A stretch of 62,335 nt of DNA, the filler included, from Squatina squatina (taxonomy: Eukaryota): NCBI GenBank assembly GCA_031763465.1. It is 4 parts of 4 records of this genome, joined end to end, with 100 filler letters (N's around TTAATTAATTAA, not from the genome) between each part and the next. Parts side by side here need not be neighbours in the genome. Positions count along the whole stretch, not along the records: positions 43,960 to 62,335 come from JARFOE010000168.1; 3 more parts are not named here. The stretch is one strand, 5' to 3'. The position numbers and the translations under genes were made by a program. Shown here piece after piece: positions 50,494 to 62,335 of the stretch (positions are counted from its first letter, which is position 1; every line of letters starts with the position of its first letter). The notes under the pieces were generated by a model. That model was not told the origin of the DNA, searched no databases, and was given only the letters and a program-made list of their open reading frames with translations.

Positions 50494-50572
50494 GGGCAGT
50501 TTCTGTGCCATGTACGTGGGCAGTTTCTGACCCATGTATGTGGGCTGTTTCTGTGCCATGTATGTGGGCAGT
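50494..50572. repeat. 24-bp tandem repeat, about 3.3 copies
   Basis: Unit GGGCAGTTTCTGTGCCATGTA(C/T)GT. Confidence 0.85.
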
Positions 50573-52123
50573 TGAAGGGGCCGAGCGGAGCACAAAAGGG
50601 GGCACTAACGGGGCAATGAAGGGGACGGCATAGGGNNNNNNNNNNNNNNNNNNNNNNNNNNNNNNNNNNNNNNNNNNNNNNNNNNNNNNNNNNNNNNNNN
50701 NNNNNNNNNNNNNNNNNNNNNNNNNNNNNNNNNNNACAAAGACCTTGATTTTCCTTGGAGGGGGCGGAAGGGTGAGGGGCATGGAATAAAGACATTTTTC
50801 TCCTACCTCTGACTCAACAAGGGCCTCTGGGTTTCCACACTGCAGTGCCAGGGTAACGCGCTGATTTTCTGCTAAGCACTCATGGCAGGTGCCTCTGTAC
50901 AGTTGTGAGCCATCTGCCCCAAATATTAAAATGACCTTGTCCCTTGTCCCTGTCGGTAGCCTTAAGGCCAGTTCCTCTGCACGTCCAGTGGTGGAGCAGG
51001 ATCCCTGGAATTTAGGCCCATTAAGTTTAAATGGGTTGTTCAAAGTTGCCGACAACTTTTGGGATGTTCATGCATTCCACTTCTACACTTCTATCACAGT
51101 ACAGGATGTTGTTGCAAGGTTGGTTACTAGTGACATTTCTGCACTGCCTCCAGGTTCAAACTGCCTTTGCACAAGTGTAACTATGTTTCTGCCAATTGGC
51201 CATGGGGAAAACTGAGTCAAATAAATATTTTAAAAAGTCAGCACAATATTGCCAAATGCAAATAAGATGCAGCATGCTTAATTGTCTAGAGCCGATTTAA
51301 CAGATTGCCGCATTTTAAAATGAGACAGCGGTCAGGAGGGAGTGCTGGTGACAAGTGATATAAATCTTCTCCTAAGAGAATGAACAGAAGCGGCAATTTA
51401 TCACCCTAATTGAAATAAACAGCTGACTACATTCTTTTTGTCATAAAACACAGCTGATCATATTTTAGTATACAGAAAAGATACAAGATCTTATAATGCT
51501 AATTAGATGTTCCACCCTCATGACAATCCTTCCAAAATGTTGCACTTAAAGCATCAAAATACCACTTTATGTGGTAACAGATGCCGATATTTGCATTCTG
51601 TATTTACAGTCATTGTGGCAGCCAGTTACTTGTAGTTCAGCACTGGGGAAATGACCATTACCACCCTTGGACGAGACAGGGACAGGGACAGGTGATGAAC
51701 AGATTAAAATTTCAGATCAAATGGGAGTTTCAAATATATTAAATACTTCTTTCCAGACGGATTAAATTCTCTTTTAAGTTTTGCTAAATTAAATCTTTCA
51801 GATGTTATCATCNNNNNNNNNNNNNNNNNNNNNNNNNNNNNNNNNNNNNNNNNNNNNNNNNNNNNNNNNNNNNNNNNNNNNNNNNNNNNNNNNNNNNNNN
51901 NNNNNNNNNNNNTGTGCTGTACTGCTCTATGATCCCATCACCTGGATATGAAACAAGATCAGCCCCAGAGGTGGAAGAGCATTACTTGAACCACTGTATG
52001 TGTCAGTTCTCCAAACAATCTCATTTAAAAGGACTACAGTTTTTACCCACTTGAAACCATTCTGTGGACGCTCCGGTGTCTTAATAACTAAAGCACTTCT
52101 AATGTTGTTTCTTAATTTTCTAG

Positions 52124-52210
52124 TTTCAGTCCCACCTGCCACTTAAACAGAACAGGAGAAGTCATATGTGACCAGTGTCGGCTGGGCTATGCAGGATCCA
52201 GATGTGACAG
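52124..52210 (+). CDS. LAMA1: Laminin alpha chain LE-domain exon (LAMA1-like; LAMA2 not excluded)
   Basis: 87 nt, TAG/GTAATA boundaries, FSPTCHLNRTGEVICDQCRLGYAGSRCD(R) versus recalled LAMA1 FSPTCHLNDGDEVVCDWCAPGYSGAWCER. Confidence 0.8.
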
Positions 52211-52228
52211 GTAATAATTAAAGGCTAC

Positions 52229-52797
52229 GGGGGGAGAATTCCTCAGCATCCCGATTGGAGGCGGTAACTGGCTCGGGGTGGGACTTGCTGCGCCCATGGC
52301 TGCAAAATTGCAGTTATCGCTCCTCACAGGAAGTGGAGTGCAATCTTGCACACTCCACTTCCTGATGGGGCAGGTTCCGGGGCGATACTGGGACATGATC
52401 AGCAGTGCTGCGCAGCGACTCTGTGTAGCGCTGATGTGGTTCAATGCCCCTCCCATTCGGGTACGATTGCGGCGCGGGGTGCTCCCGACCTCCCCTTTAA
52501 CTTCCGTCCTGCGAGCGGAGGTTGGCCCAGTTCGCGACCCGCGAGGCTGGCACTGGCGCTGACCCGTCTCGTAACAGCCTCGTGGGGTGCTAGCCAATTT
52601 CTGGCGCGTCGGAAAGGGGTTGCCGCGGGGCGCTAAGGGGTCGCCACACATGGTGATGATAAAATTGCCGGTCGTGTGGCGGCCCGGGGTGCTACCGTGG
52701 CCGCACCTCCGCTAACTCCCCCCCCATGGCGAAAACTGTTTTGCGCCCCGTTAGGGAGGCGCTAACGGGAAGTCTCAAATCAGTAAAATTTCGACCC
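52229..52797. mobile_element. CpG-rich MITE-like insertion
   Basis: Sharp GC/CpG island with imperfect inverted ends GGGGGAGAATT and AATTTCGACCC, starting about 18 nt after the laminin donor. Confidence 0.55.
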
Positions 52798-54335
52798 AGT
52801 GCCTAATGGCACTGAATTCACAGTTGGTTCTGAATATATTTTTAATGTTCTCTTCGCAGTCTAGCAATCTTTTTGGAAATTGTGGGACTACAGATCCTAA
52901 ATGAGGCTACTGCTACATTTCAGATGGTGTCATTCTACTTTGGCAGTAGTGAGTAGTCTGCTAGATATTGTGGCTGTCCATTTCTCCGTAAAGCCTCCAT
53001 CGAGTTGTAACTCCTTCACCATCATGTCAGTGCTATCTCCACAGATCAAGCAGATGCTGTCAACCAGCGATCTGATTATCTCAATATCTCCTGCTAGGTT
53101 TTGGCAGGAGCTGATCCTCTTCCCATTAACATTATTTAGAATGGTGATTTCGCTATTTATTGCAAAATTACAGGTTTACTTTATGGTTTGAAGGTGCTTG
53201 AAATTTTGTAAAGTGCTCTTACCAAGCAGCTATTCCCTGAAGCACACCCTCACTTCGAAGACAGACCTTGAGTCTTGAAAGGAATGTTAGAAGCACAGGT
53301 TTCTCTGTGCTTTCGGAAAATAGTCACTCCCGCGGGAGTCCAGAGGAGCCCACTGGTTTAGTCTTAATTTAATTCTTCTTACACACCTAAAGCCTGTTCA
53401 TTCTCTTTATTCTACTCCAGCTTTTGCAATGATATAAAGGTGAAGTTATAACGAGAAAAAAACATCTATTTTTATTTGAAATGGTAAAGCTTCATGTTCC
53501 TACTCTTATTGCATTTTGTCATGTGATAAGCGCATAGTTTGGTATCTTTTTTCACTGAATTTTTGCTGCAGAAGTCGAAGACTCATTGCTGCACAGTTTC
53601 CCATTAATGTCTCGCCCATCCCAACACACAAAATTGGAGTGCAAACAGCAAGAAGTGAGGCACAAAGCTGATATTTTTCTTTAAATATTTAATTGGTACA
53701 TGTATAGTAGGACTTGGAAGAAGAAAATTACATTGGATTATATATAATTTCTAGCATAGACAGAGACCATTCAGCCCAATTGGTTTGAAGCCAGTGTTTA
53801 TGCTGCACATGGGCCTCCTCCCACCCCCTTCATCTAACTCTTATCAGCATATCCTTCTAGCTTTCCCTGAAATGCTTCCACGCCATTCGTTTCAACTGCT
53901 CCTTGTGGTAGTGAGTTCCACGTTCTAACCACTCTTTTGGTTAGGAACATGATAAGCATAAAAAATGGCAGTGATTGACCATCACAGCTTTGGTCAAGTA
54001 TATATTGGAGCAGTGATCCTGAAGATGTCATGAAAAATGCATGTCATGTCAGTATACCTAAATCCCTGTAACACAAAAGAATGCTTTATGAGTATATTTT
54101 GCTCTCATTGCATTAATGTGAGCCAAACTATTACCTGGAACTACATCAGTATCAAGCAGGAATAAAACTACCAATTAATAATTGATGGTCAGTAAATAGC
54201 AGTAAAAGGAGAATGGAGCCAATGATCCCACTCAANNNNNNNNNNNNNNNNNNNNNNNNNNNNNNNNNNNNNNNNNNNNNNNNNNNNNNNNNNNNNNNNN
54301 NNNNNNNNNNNNNNNNNNNNNNNNNNNNNNNNNNN

Positions 54336-54611
54336 TGAAACGATGGGTCTACCGGGGCATTCCTGTTTGTGGATCTTGGGAAGGAGGTAGAAGCGGGCTG
54401 TGCGGGGTTGGGAACTATGAGGTTGGCGACCGTGGAGGGAAGATCTCCAGCGGAGATGAGGTCAGTCATGGTCTGGGAGATGACGGCTTGATGTTCGGTG
54501 GTGGCGTCATGGTCCAGGGGGGGAATAAGAGGAGGTGTCAGAGAGTTGGCGTTTGGCCTCCGCAAGGTACAGATCAGTGCACCAAACAACAACAGCACCA
54601 CCCTGGTCAGT
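54336..54611 (-). mobile_element. Penelope-like element reverse transcriptase N-terminal fragment
   Basis: DQGGAVVVW (DKG motif) ... YLAEAKRQLSD, then QPRTARFYLLPKIHKQECPGRPIVS, with frameshifts. Confidence 0.88.
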
Positions 54612-54889
54612 TATAATCTGGAACTCCCTGCCCCCACTAATCCGTTGAGGCTGGGGGTCGAATTGAATACATCAAAGGTAAGGGTATGAAGGGTTACGGA
54701 CCCAAGGCGGGTGGATGGAGTTAGGATACAGATCATCCATGATCTAATTGAATGGGGGAACAGGCTCGAGGGGCTGAATGGCCCCCTCCAGTTCCTATGT
54801 TCCCTCAGTGTGCGTGTTGGGAGCATGTAGAGCAGCACGTCCAAGGACATCCCGACTTTCATCATGTCTTCTCTCTGTTTCTCTGTAAG

Positions 54890-55063
54890 AATGAGTCCCT
54901 ATGAATGGTACAACCCCCATCCGTGCCTGAGGGAACGCATGGATATCCTGGAGAACCAGTACACCCTGGGCAACAGCCTCTGGTTCCCAGTCGGAGGTTT
55001 CATGCAGCAAGGTTCGGAGATCATGCCTCGTGCCCTCTCTACACGTTGTGTCAGCGGAGTCTG
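54890..55063 (+). CDS. GRIK5: Kainate receptor subunit GluK5, pore-loop (M2) exon
   Basis: 174 nt, AAG/GTGAGT boundaries, [57 protein letters not shown]. Confidence 0.95.
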
Positions 55064-55239
55064 GTGAGTTCGTGCAGACTTGAGCCACAGAGAAGGACAA
55101 CCTGACCAAGTCAGCAAGCTTCCCATTAAATCCACTAACACCCAGACAGCACCTCCGCATGACACATCTCATTAACATGCAGAAAGTACAGAGAGATCAG
55201 GGATGGACAGTCTGGGGAAATGTATTTACAGGTATTCTA

Positions 55240-55761
55240 TAGACTGGGGGACAGGACCTGGTCAGTTCTGATTGTTACGACAGATGATGATTTGGCCGAT
55301 TTGGTTCTATGGAGTAGATTTGAGTAGAATCACTGGGGAGACTGAGTGCAGCTGATTTGGCCCATTTCGGTTATATAAACAAGAGACGATTTGGTCCTTT
55401 GTGAAATCACTGACTGAAGGAGATTTAGTCCATTATAAAGAAGAGGTCTATAGAGACAAGATGATTTGATCCATTTGAGATTCCATAGTCTTGGGGCAAT
55501 TTGATCTGTTCAGATTGGTCCATTATGATTCTTCAGGTCGGGGTTGACCTGGATCATTGGGATTCTGTAGACTGGTAGATGTTTGATCCATTGGGATTCC
55601 ATTGGGAGGGTTTGGTCCAATGGGTGAGGGATATTTGGTTCACTGGGATCAATCATATAGATCTGAACCATTGTGACTAGCGGTGACCTGGTCCATTGGG
55701 GTTCCATAGACAAGTAAAGATCTGGTCCATTAGGGTCCCATGGACTAGTGGTGACCTGGTC
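55240..55761. repeat. Highly decayed tandem repeat
   Basis: Recurrent GA(T/C)(T/C)TGGTCCATT and ATAGACT words. Confidence 0.55.
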
Positions 55762-58246
55762 NNNNNNNNNNNNNNNNNNNNNNNNNNNNNNNNNNNNNNN
55801 NNNNNNNNNNNNNNNNNNNNNNNNNNNNNNNNNNNNNNNNNNNNNNNNNNNNNNNNNNNNNATTTAGCAACATTACTGATTCAATATGCCATTGTAATTA
55901 TACAACATTAAAATCATGATAAACAAATAGGATTTATTGTAAAAGTAGAAATGGTTAAAAACAAGGAGTTTATTTAATGAAAGATTTTCTGGTAAGAATG
56001 CAACAGAAACAAGACTTTCTACATTATGCACATCCCTGCTGTTTAGTATTCTGGCTCCCTAAAATAAAATTGATCAATCTAAAATATCAATGGTAATCTG
56101 AATTGATGCCATAAAATATTTATATGACAATTAATCTCCCAGGAAAAATTGGAGTGTATAATCTCATAGCATGTACATTCGTTCACAATGATTAGAGATT
56201 AATTGGTATAAATTACAATTATCTGACTTTCAGTAAGTTACGTGCACAGTGTAAACGGCCATCTCAAACCATGATGGAAAAATTCAATCAAGCAACTAAA
56301 TCTGATAAACAAGCCTTTTAATTTCAATTAATTTAATTCCCTATGAAGCGAATGAAAAATGGATACAAATAAATTGGGCAACATATCCTGATCTATACTA
56401 GTTAAGAGCAAAGGATGTGAAGAGATTCACATTAAAAATGAACTACATTATTTCTCTGTATAATTGTTCTATGTTTTCCTTCTAAGTACACCTTCACCTC
56501 TAAAGCTCCAATGAAACATTAAGGCAACCCATAAAAAATCCCTATTGCACACCATCATTGTCCTAACCCTCTCATTGTCCTCTATCTTGAATTAATGGGG
56601 CAAATACTGGGTTTGGAAAGATCAGATCCTGTTCTTGTGCCTTCCTGTACCTTACTCAAACAGCCATTTTTCATGTGTGAGCCTTAACAGGGAGCGTTGA
56701 CAAGAAATAAGAGGAGGAGTAGACCATTTCGCCCCTCGAGCCTGCTCTGCCATTCAATGAGATCATGGCTGATCTGATTCTGACCTTAACTCCATTTTCC
56801 TGCCTGATCCCCATAAACTTTGACTCCCCAGTTGCTCAAAAATCTCTCTATCTCAGCCTTGACTATATTCAATGACACAGCTCTCAGGGGTAAAGAATCC
56901 CCTCTNNNNNNNNNNNNNNNNNNNNNNNNNNNNNNNNNNNNNNNNNNNNNNNNNNNNNNNNNNNNNNNNNNNNNNNNNNNNNNNNNNNNNNNNNNNNNNN
57001 NNNNNAGTAAGCTAGTGCAATTCCAAAATAATAACACCTATCAAATTTCACTTTGTTACAATTTAAAATGCAACAACAAATTCTCCCTTCCTTCTGTGTC
57101 CTGGGAAGCGAGGAGGAGGAAATCAAGCAGCAATTTGTCCACATTTTATCTGCTTCAGAAAGTATTAGAGGCAGGACATGATTTGCTAACACTAAGTCCA
57201 TTATGATTGATGTACCTCATTAGTCTTGGCATGTGCTGCACAAACAAATCAGGGACTGCCATTTATTTTCTGATACATGCATAAAAAATGCTGCATACAC
57301 AAATGTGTTTATTTCTAATCAAAGGGTTTTGCATTGTTTACTGAGTAAAATGTCCTTTAAGAGGCTGTTACATAATATTTGTGAATTAATAATAAAGGGG
57401 AGCTTTACTGTCCCGGGAGAATGACACAAACCATGGTTTGCCCACCCAGAGCATATTTCAGGAATTTGGACCCATATGGGGTTAAAATTGAACAAGGGCA
57501 GAATTGACGCCTGTTTTACGACATTTCACACCCGATATTCAGTGCTGTCGATGCCAGTGGCAATGAATATGGGGTCGGGCGTATAACAGGAGACTGGTGC
57601 AGTGTCTCTCCTTCTGCCTCCCCGCCATTGTCCAATTTCCTCCTCCTGAGGTTGTTTGGAGGGATTGCTGCCTTTTGCCTGAACTGGATGCAAAGTTGGC
57701 AGAATGACCGCACTGCCCACCTGATGCCAGAGTCAGAAGGCCGAACTGTGTACACATTCAAAAACTGGGTGGCTGGCAGTTGAAAATCACCTCCGTTGAC
57801 TCTTGTTACACATGGTTCATCAGCACAGCCACCATTTCACACAAGTGGCCATTCTTTATACGCTTGACCAAGTATCAAAACTTAACCTTTTCTGACCAGA
57901 CACCTACTCAAACATAACTTCTAGGAAGAGCCACTGAATAGCTCCAAAAAGTAGATGCTCATGCCAATTTTACCCCGCCCTAGTTCATGGCTGCTGAGGT
58001 CAATTGTAATATTCTACTGTTGTGCTGGCTTCGATCAACTAACTCAGCACAACAGTTCCACAGCAACGGGTGTATTTACCTCCCAAGCCATTGGGCAAGT
58101 TTATTCTGAAATACCGCGCTGGATATTAAGGAGGAGGCCAGGTTGGNNNNNNNNNNNNNNNNNNNNNNNNNNNNNNNNNNNNNNNNNNNNNNNNNNNNNN
58201 NNNNNNNNNNNNNNNNNNNNNNNNNNNNNNNNNNNNNNNNNNNNNN

Positions 58247-60975
58247 TCCTTGCCCTCCTGGGTTAAAATGTCCTTGCCCTCTTGGGTTAGAATGTCCTTG
58301 TTCCTTGGGTTAGAATGTCCTTGGTCCTCTTGGAATAGGATGTCCTTGCCCTCTTCGGTTAGAATTTCCTTGGAGCTTGGGTTAGAATGTCCTTGCCCCC
58401 TTGTGTTAGAATGTCCTTGCACCTTTGGGTTAGAATGTCCTTGGTGCTTGGGTTGGAATGTCCTTGCCCTCTTGGGTTAGAATGTCCATGGTCCTTGGGT
58501 TCGAATATCCTTGCCCACTTGGGTTAGAATGTCCTTGGTGCTTGGGTTGGAATGTCCTTGCCCACTTGGGTTAGAATGTCCTTGCACTCTTGTGTTAGAA
58601 TGTCCTTGCCCCCTTGTGTTAGAATGTTCTTGGTCCTTGGGTTAGAATGTCCTTGGTCCTTGGGTTAGAATGTCCCTGGTCCTTGGGTTAGAATGTTTTT
58701 GATCCTTGAGTTAGAATGACCTTGCTCTCTTGGGTTAGAATGTCCTTGCCCTCTTGCGTTAGAATGTCCGTGGTCCTTGCGTTTTAATGTCCTTGTCCCC
58801 TTGGGTCAGAATATCCTTGGTCCTCTTCGGTTAGAATGTCCTTGGTTCTTGGTTTCGAATATCCTTGCCCACTTGTGTTAGAATGTCCTTGGTCCTTGGG
58901 TTAGAATGTCCTTGGTCCTTGGGTTAGAATGTCCTTGGCCCGTGGGTTAGAATGACCTTGGTCATTGGGTTAGAATGACCTTGAACTCTTGGGTTTGAAT
59001 GGCCTTGGTCCTTGGGATAGAATGTCCTTGGACCTTGGCTAAGAATGTCCTTGGTCCTTGGGTGAGAATGTCCATGGTCCTTGGGTTAGAATGTCCTTGG
59101 TCCTTGGGTTAGAATGTCCTTACACTCTTGGGTTAGAATGTCCTTGGTCCTTGGGTTAGAATCTCCTTGCTCTCCTGGGTCAGATTCTCCTTGCACGCTT
59201 GGGTTAGAATGTCCTTGCCCTCTTGGGCTAGAATGTCCTTGATCCTTGGGTAAGAATGTCCTTGGTCCTTGGGTTAGAATGTCCTTGCACCCTTGGCTTA
59301 GCACGTCCTTGGTCCGTGGGTTAGAATGTCCTTGCCCACTTGGGTTAGAATGTCCTTGCACTCTTGGGTGAGAATATCCTTGGTCATTGGGTAAGAATGT
59401 CCTTGCCCTCCTGGGTTAAAATGTCCTTGCCCTCTTGGGTTAGAATGTCCTTGTTCCTTGGGTTAGAATGTCCTTGCATTCTTGGGTTAGAATGTCCTTG
59501 GTACTTGGTTAGAATGTCCTTGCCCTCCTTGGTTAGAATGTCCTTGCAGTCTTGGGTTAGAATGTCCTTGCCCTCTTGGGTTAGAATGTGCTTGGTCATT
59601 GGGTAAGAATGTCTTTGGTCCTTGGGTAAGAACGTCCCTTCGCCCTTGGGTTAGAATGTCATTGCCCTCTTGGGTCCGAATGTCCTTGGTCCTCTTGGGT
59701 TAGAATATCCTTGCCCACTTGTGTTAGAATGTCCTTGGTCTTTCGGTTCGAATATCCTTGCCCACTTGGGTTAGAATGTCCTTGGTCCTTGGGTTCGAAT
59801 ATCCTTGCCCACTTGGGTTAGAATGTCCTTGGTGCTTGGGTTAGAATGTCCTTGCACCCTTGGGTTAGCATGTCCTTGGTCCGTGGGTTAGAATGTCCTT
59901 GCCCACTTGGGTTAGAATGTCCTTGCACTATTGGGTTAGAATGTCCTTGCCCCCTTGTGTTAGAATGTCCTTGCACCTTTGGGTTAGAATGTCCTTTGTG
60001 CTTGAGTTGGAATGTCATTGCCCTCTTCGGTTAGAATGTCCATGGTCCTTGGGTTTGAATATCCTTGCCCACTTGGGTTATAATGTCCTTGGTGCTTGGG
60101 TTGGAATGTCCTTGCCCACTTGGGTCAGAATGTCCTTGCACTCTTGGGTTAGAATGTCCTTGCCCCCTTGTGTTAGAATGTCCTTGGTCCTTGGGTTAGA
60201 ATGTCCATGGTCCTTGGGTTAGAATGTCCTTGATCCTTGGGTTAGAATGACCTTGCACTCTTGGGTTAGAATGTCCTTGCCCTCTTGGGTGAGAATGTCC
60301 TTGCTCTCTTGGGATGGAATGAACTTGCACTCTTGGGTTAGAATGTCCCTGGTACTTGGGTTAGAATGTCCCTGGTCCTTGGGTTAGAGTGTCCTTGGTG
60401 CTTGGGTTAGAATTTCCTTGGTCCTTGGGTTAGAATGTCCTTGCACGCTTGGGCTAGAATGTCCTTGCACTCTTGGCTTAGAATGACCTTGCACTCTTGG
60501 GTTAGAATGTCCTTGCCCTCTTGGTTTAGAATGTCCTTGCCCCCTTGGGTTAGAATGTATTTGCATTATTTGGTTAGAATGTCCTTAGTGCTTGGGTTAG
60601 AATGTCCTTGGTCCTTGGGTTCGAATATCCTTGCCCACTTGGGTTAGAATGTCCTTGGTCCTTGGGTTAGAATGACCTTGGTACTTGGGTTTGAATTTCT
60701 TTGGTCCTTGGTTTAGAATGACCTTGCTCTTTGGGTTAGAATGCCCTTGCACTCTTGGGCAAGAATGTCGTTGGTCATTGGGTTAGAATGTCCTTGGTGC
60801 TTGGGTTAGAATGTCCTTGGTGCTTGGTTTAGAATGTCCTTGGTCATTCGGTTAGAATGTCCTTGGTGCTTGGATTAGAATGTCCCTGCCCCCTTGGGTT
60901 AGAATGTCCTTGGACGTTGGGTTAGAATGTCCTTGCTCTCTTGGGTTCGAATGTCCCTGGTCCTTGGGTTAGAAT
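58247..60975. repeat. Minisatellite, 23/24-bp unit with core CTTGGGTTAGAATGTCCTTG, roughly 115 copies
   Basis: Directly visible; the linker between cores varies among GTC, GTG, CCCT, CACT and CCCA. Confidence 0.98.
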
Positions 60976-62335
60976 AATCCATCTTCCTCTTATACAATTA
61001 GCTTACTGCCAAAATGATGTCTTGGGTTTCTCAATGCAGCAAATCTGGGATTTAGTGTATATACAGCAGACATCCCATTTGTCAAGGTGATACTGCATGA
61101 TTTTTTTTAAGTTCTAAAATGGAACATTGGCAAAATCCTTTGACAGCATCAGTGAGCAGTGTGGTGTGCACCCTTGGCAAATGCCAAAAATCTCCCCAAG
61201 CACTTTTGAAAATATGGCTGTTGTTGAAATCAGAAATAGTCATTCATAAACTGATTTTATAAATTCTTACACCACTTTTTTACCACAACAATTACAGCTT
61301 CTTTCTTCCTTCTGATGCATATTCATTGTCTGTACTGCCTGCACACATGCATTCCATTACATTTGCAAAGTGCACTCCTGACTACTAGTGGTCCAACGTA
61401 ATTCTGCTCCATTTAACTGTATCGCAATCCATGCACAATTAATATTGTTTGAGGTCCACTTAAATTCAGGTTTTATTTTGGCAGGTTGGAGTTGATCTTA
61501 AATAGACCCCATGTTGCATTTAATGTTGCTGCCCCCTCAGGATTCAGAATCTCAAGTCGAGGTTGGTGTTATAGACAACTGCTATTGTGTCATAAGTTCC
61601 TTTTAGAGAACATAGCACAGAGATGCTAATAATTAAAACTGACTTCTGCAGATGATCAAAGAATCTGGCAGCTTTATATTCTTTGATGTCTCTGTTTCCT
61701 ATTACTCACTGCTGTCACTAAGCCCCCAGAACCTTGGTCTATAAATGCTGCCTACACAGTTGTACATTGTGGCTATCATGAACCATCTGTCAACTCTTTG
61801 CTTTCATACATCCCACCTGTAGCAGTATGTGGTTATCACAGCACCAAACAAGTAGAAATTGATTTATCACCGGTAAATCCTGACAGGTAAAGTTTGGGAA
61901 TAAACATCAGTTTTTTAAAAAGCCAACAAAACAAAAATATAAAATTACGTTAGAAATGCCTACATTGCAAATGATTAATAGTCATGCTAAGTGCTTGCTG
62001 TCAGGCATTTTTCACAGTGATGGTGCTTCTGAATCTTCCAGTTGATATATTAGCACAAAAAAGACTAAAGAGATGCTGGGTGACATAATCAATACTGTCA
62101 AGTTCTTTTCTCTCCTCTGACAGAAAATATGGTCCAGCATATATGCTAATGGCTAACAGTTTATGATAACTGACAATTATTCGATGATTCTCTTTTGTGG
62201 AACTGTATTGTAACTCCTATTGAAGGCTGCCCCACCCCATATGAAGTTAGAAGGGTCATAAGATCTGCAGTGATTTATGGAGTTCAATAGAATACATATT
62301 GCAGTATTTTATTTTAACTAATCAGATTATGCTTA

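Noticed and set aside
50384-51215. 223-aa minus ORF and 108-aa plus ORF
   Set aside because: The minus ORF spans a gap and a 24-bp repeat, has in-frame stops just upstream, and I recognise no homology in either.
52901-53191. Overlapping open frames on both strands
   Set aside because: No splice sites and no recognisable domain.
58247-60975. CRISPR-like array or repetitive protein (GQGHSNPR / WVRMSL ORFs)
   Set aside because: Linkers are only 3-4 nt, there are no unique spacers or cas genes, and the context is vertebrate. Mixed 23/24-bp units break the frame constantly.

Overview
This is eukaryotic DNA from a gappy vertebrate assembly, most likely a shark or other cartilaginous fish, judged from its CR1/L2/RTE LINE tails, Deu-type SINEs and Penelope remnants. 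It is not one continuous locus. Three synthetic N44-TTAATTAATTAA-N44 linkers split it into four unrelated blocks, and each block is made of short contigs joined mostly by 100-N gaps. Block 1 (1-16458) holds exons of NANS, BDH2, SLC9B2, a clipped CISD2 end and UBE2D3; apart from NANS this resembles the human 4q24 gene cluster. Block 2 (16559-31409) holds two exons of a CRMP1/DPYSL3-type gene and an orphan candidate terminal exon. Block 3 (31510-43859) has no recognisable host exon and contains Harbinger and Penelope remnants. Block 4 (43960-62335) holds exons of ARL6IP1, a laminin alpha (LAMA1-like) and GRIK5, a MITE cluster and a 2.7-kb GGGTTAG-containing minisatellite. The most interesting non-gene signal is a family of Penelope-associated minimal type-I hammerhead ribozymes: one intact copy at 46494-46530, an inverted pair forming a ~90-bp hairpin in an SLC9B2 intron, and several decayed copies. 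I found no convincing wholly new system. Gene names rest on my recollection of human protein sequences plus splice-site and phase consistency, not on database searches, and repeat boundaries are approximate.
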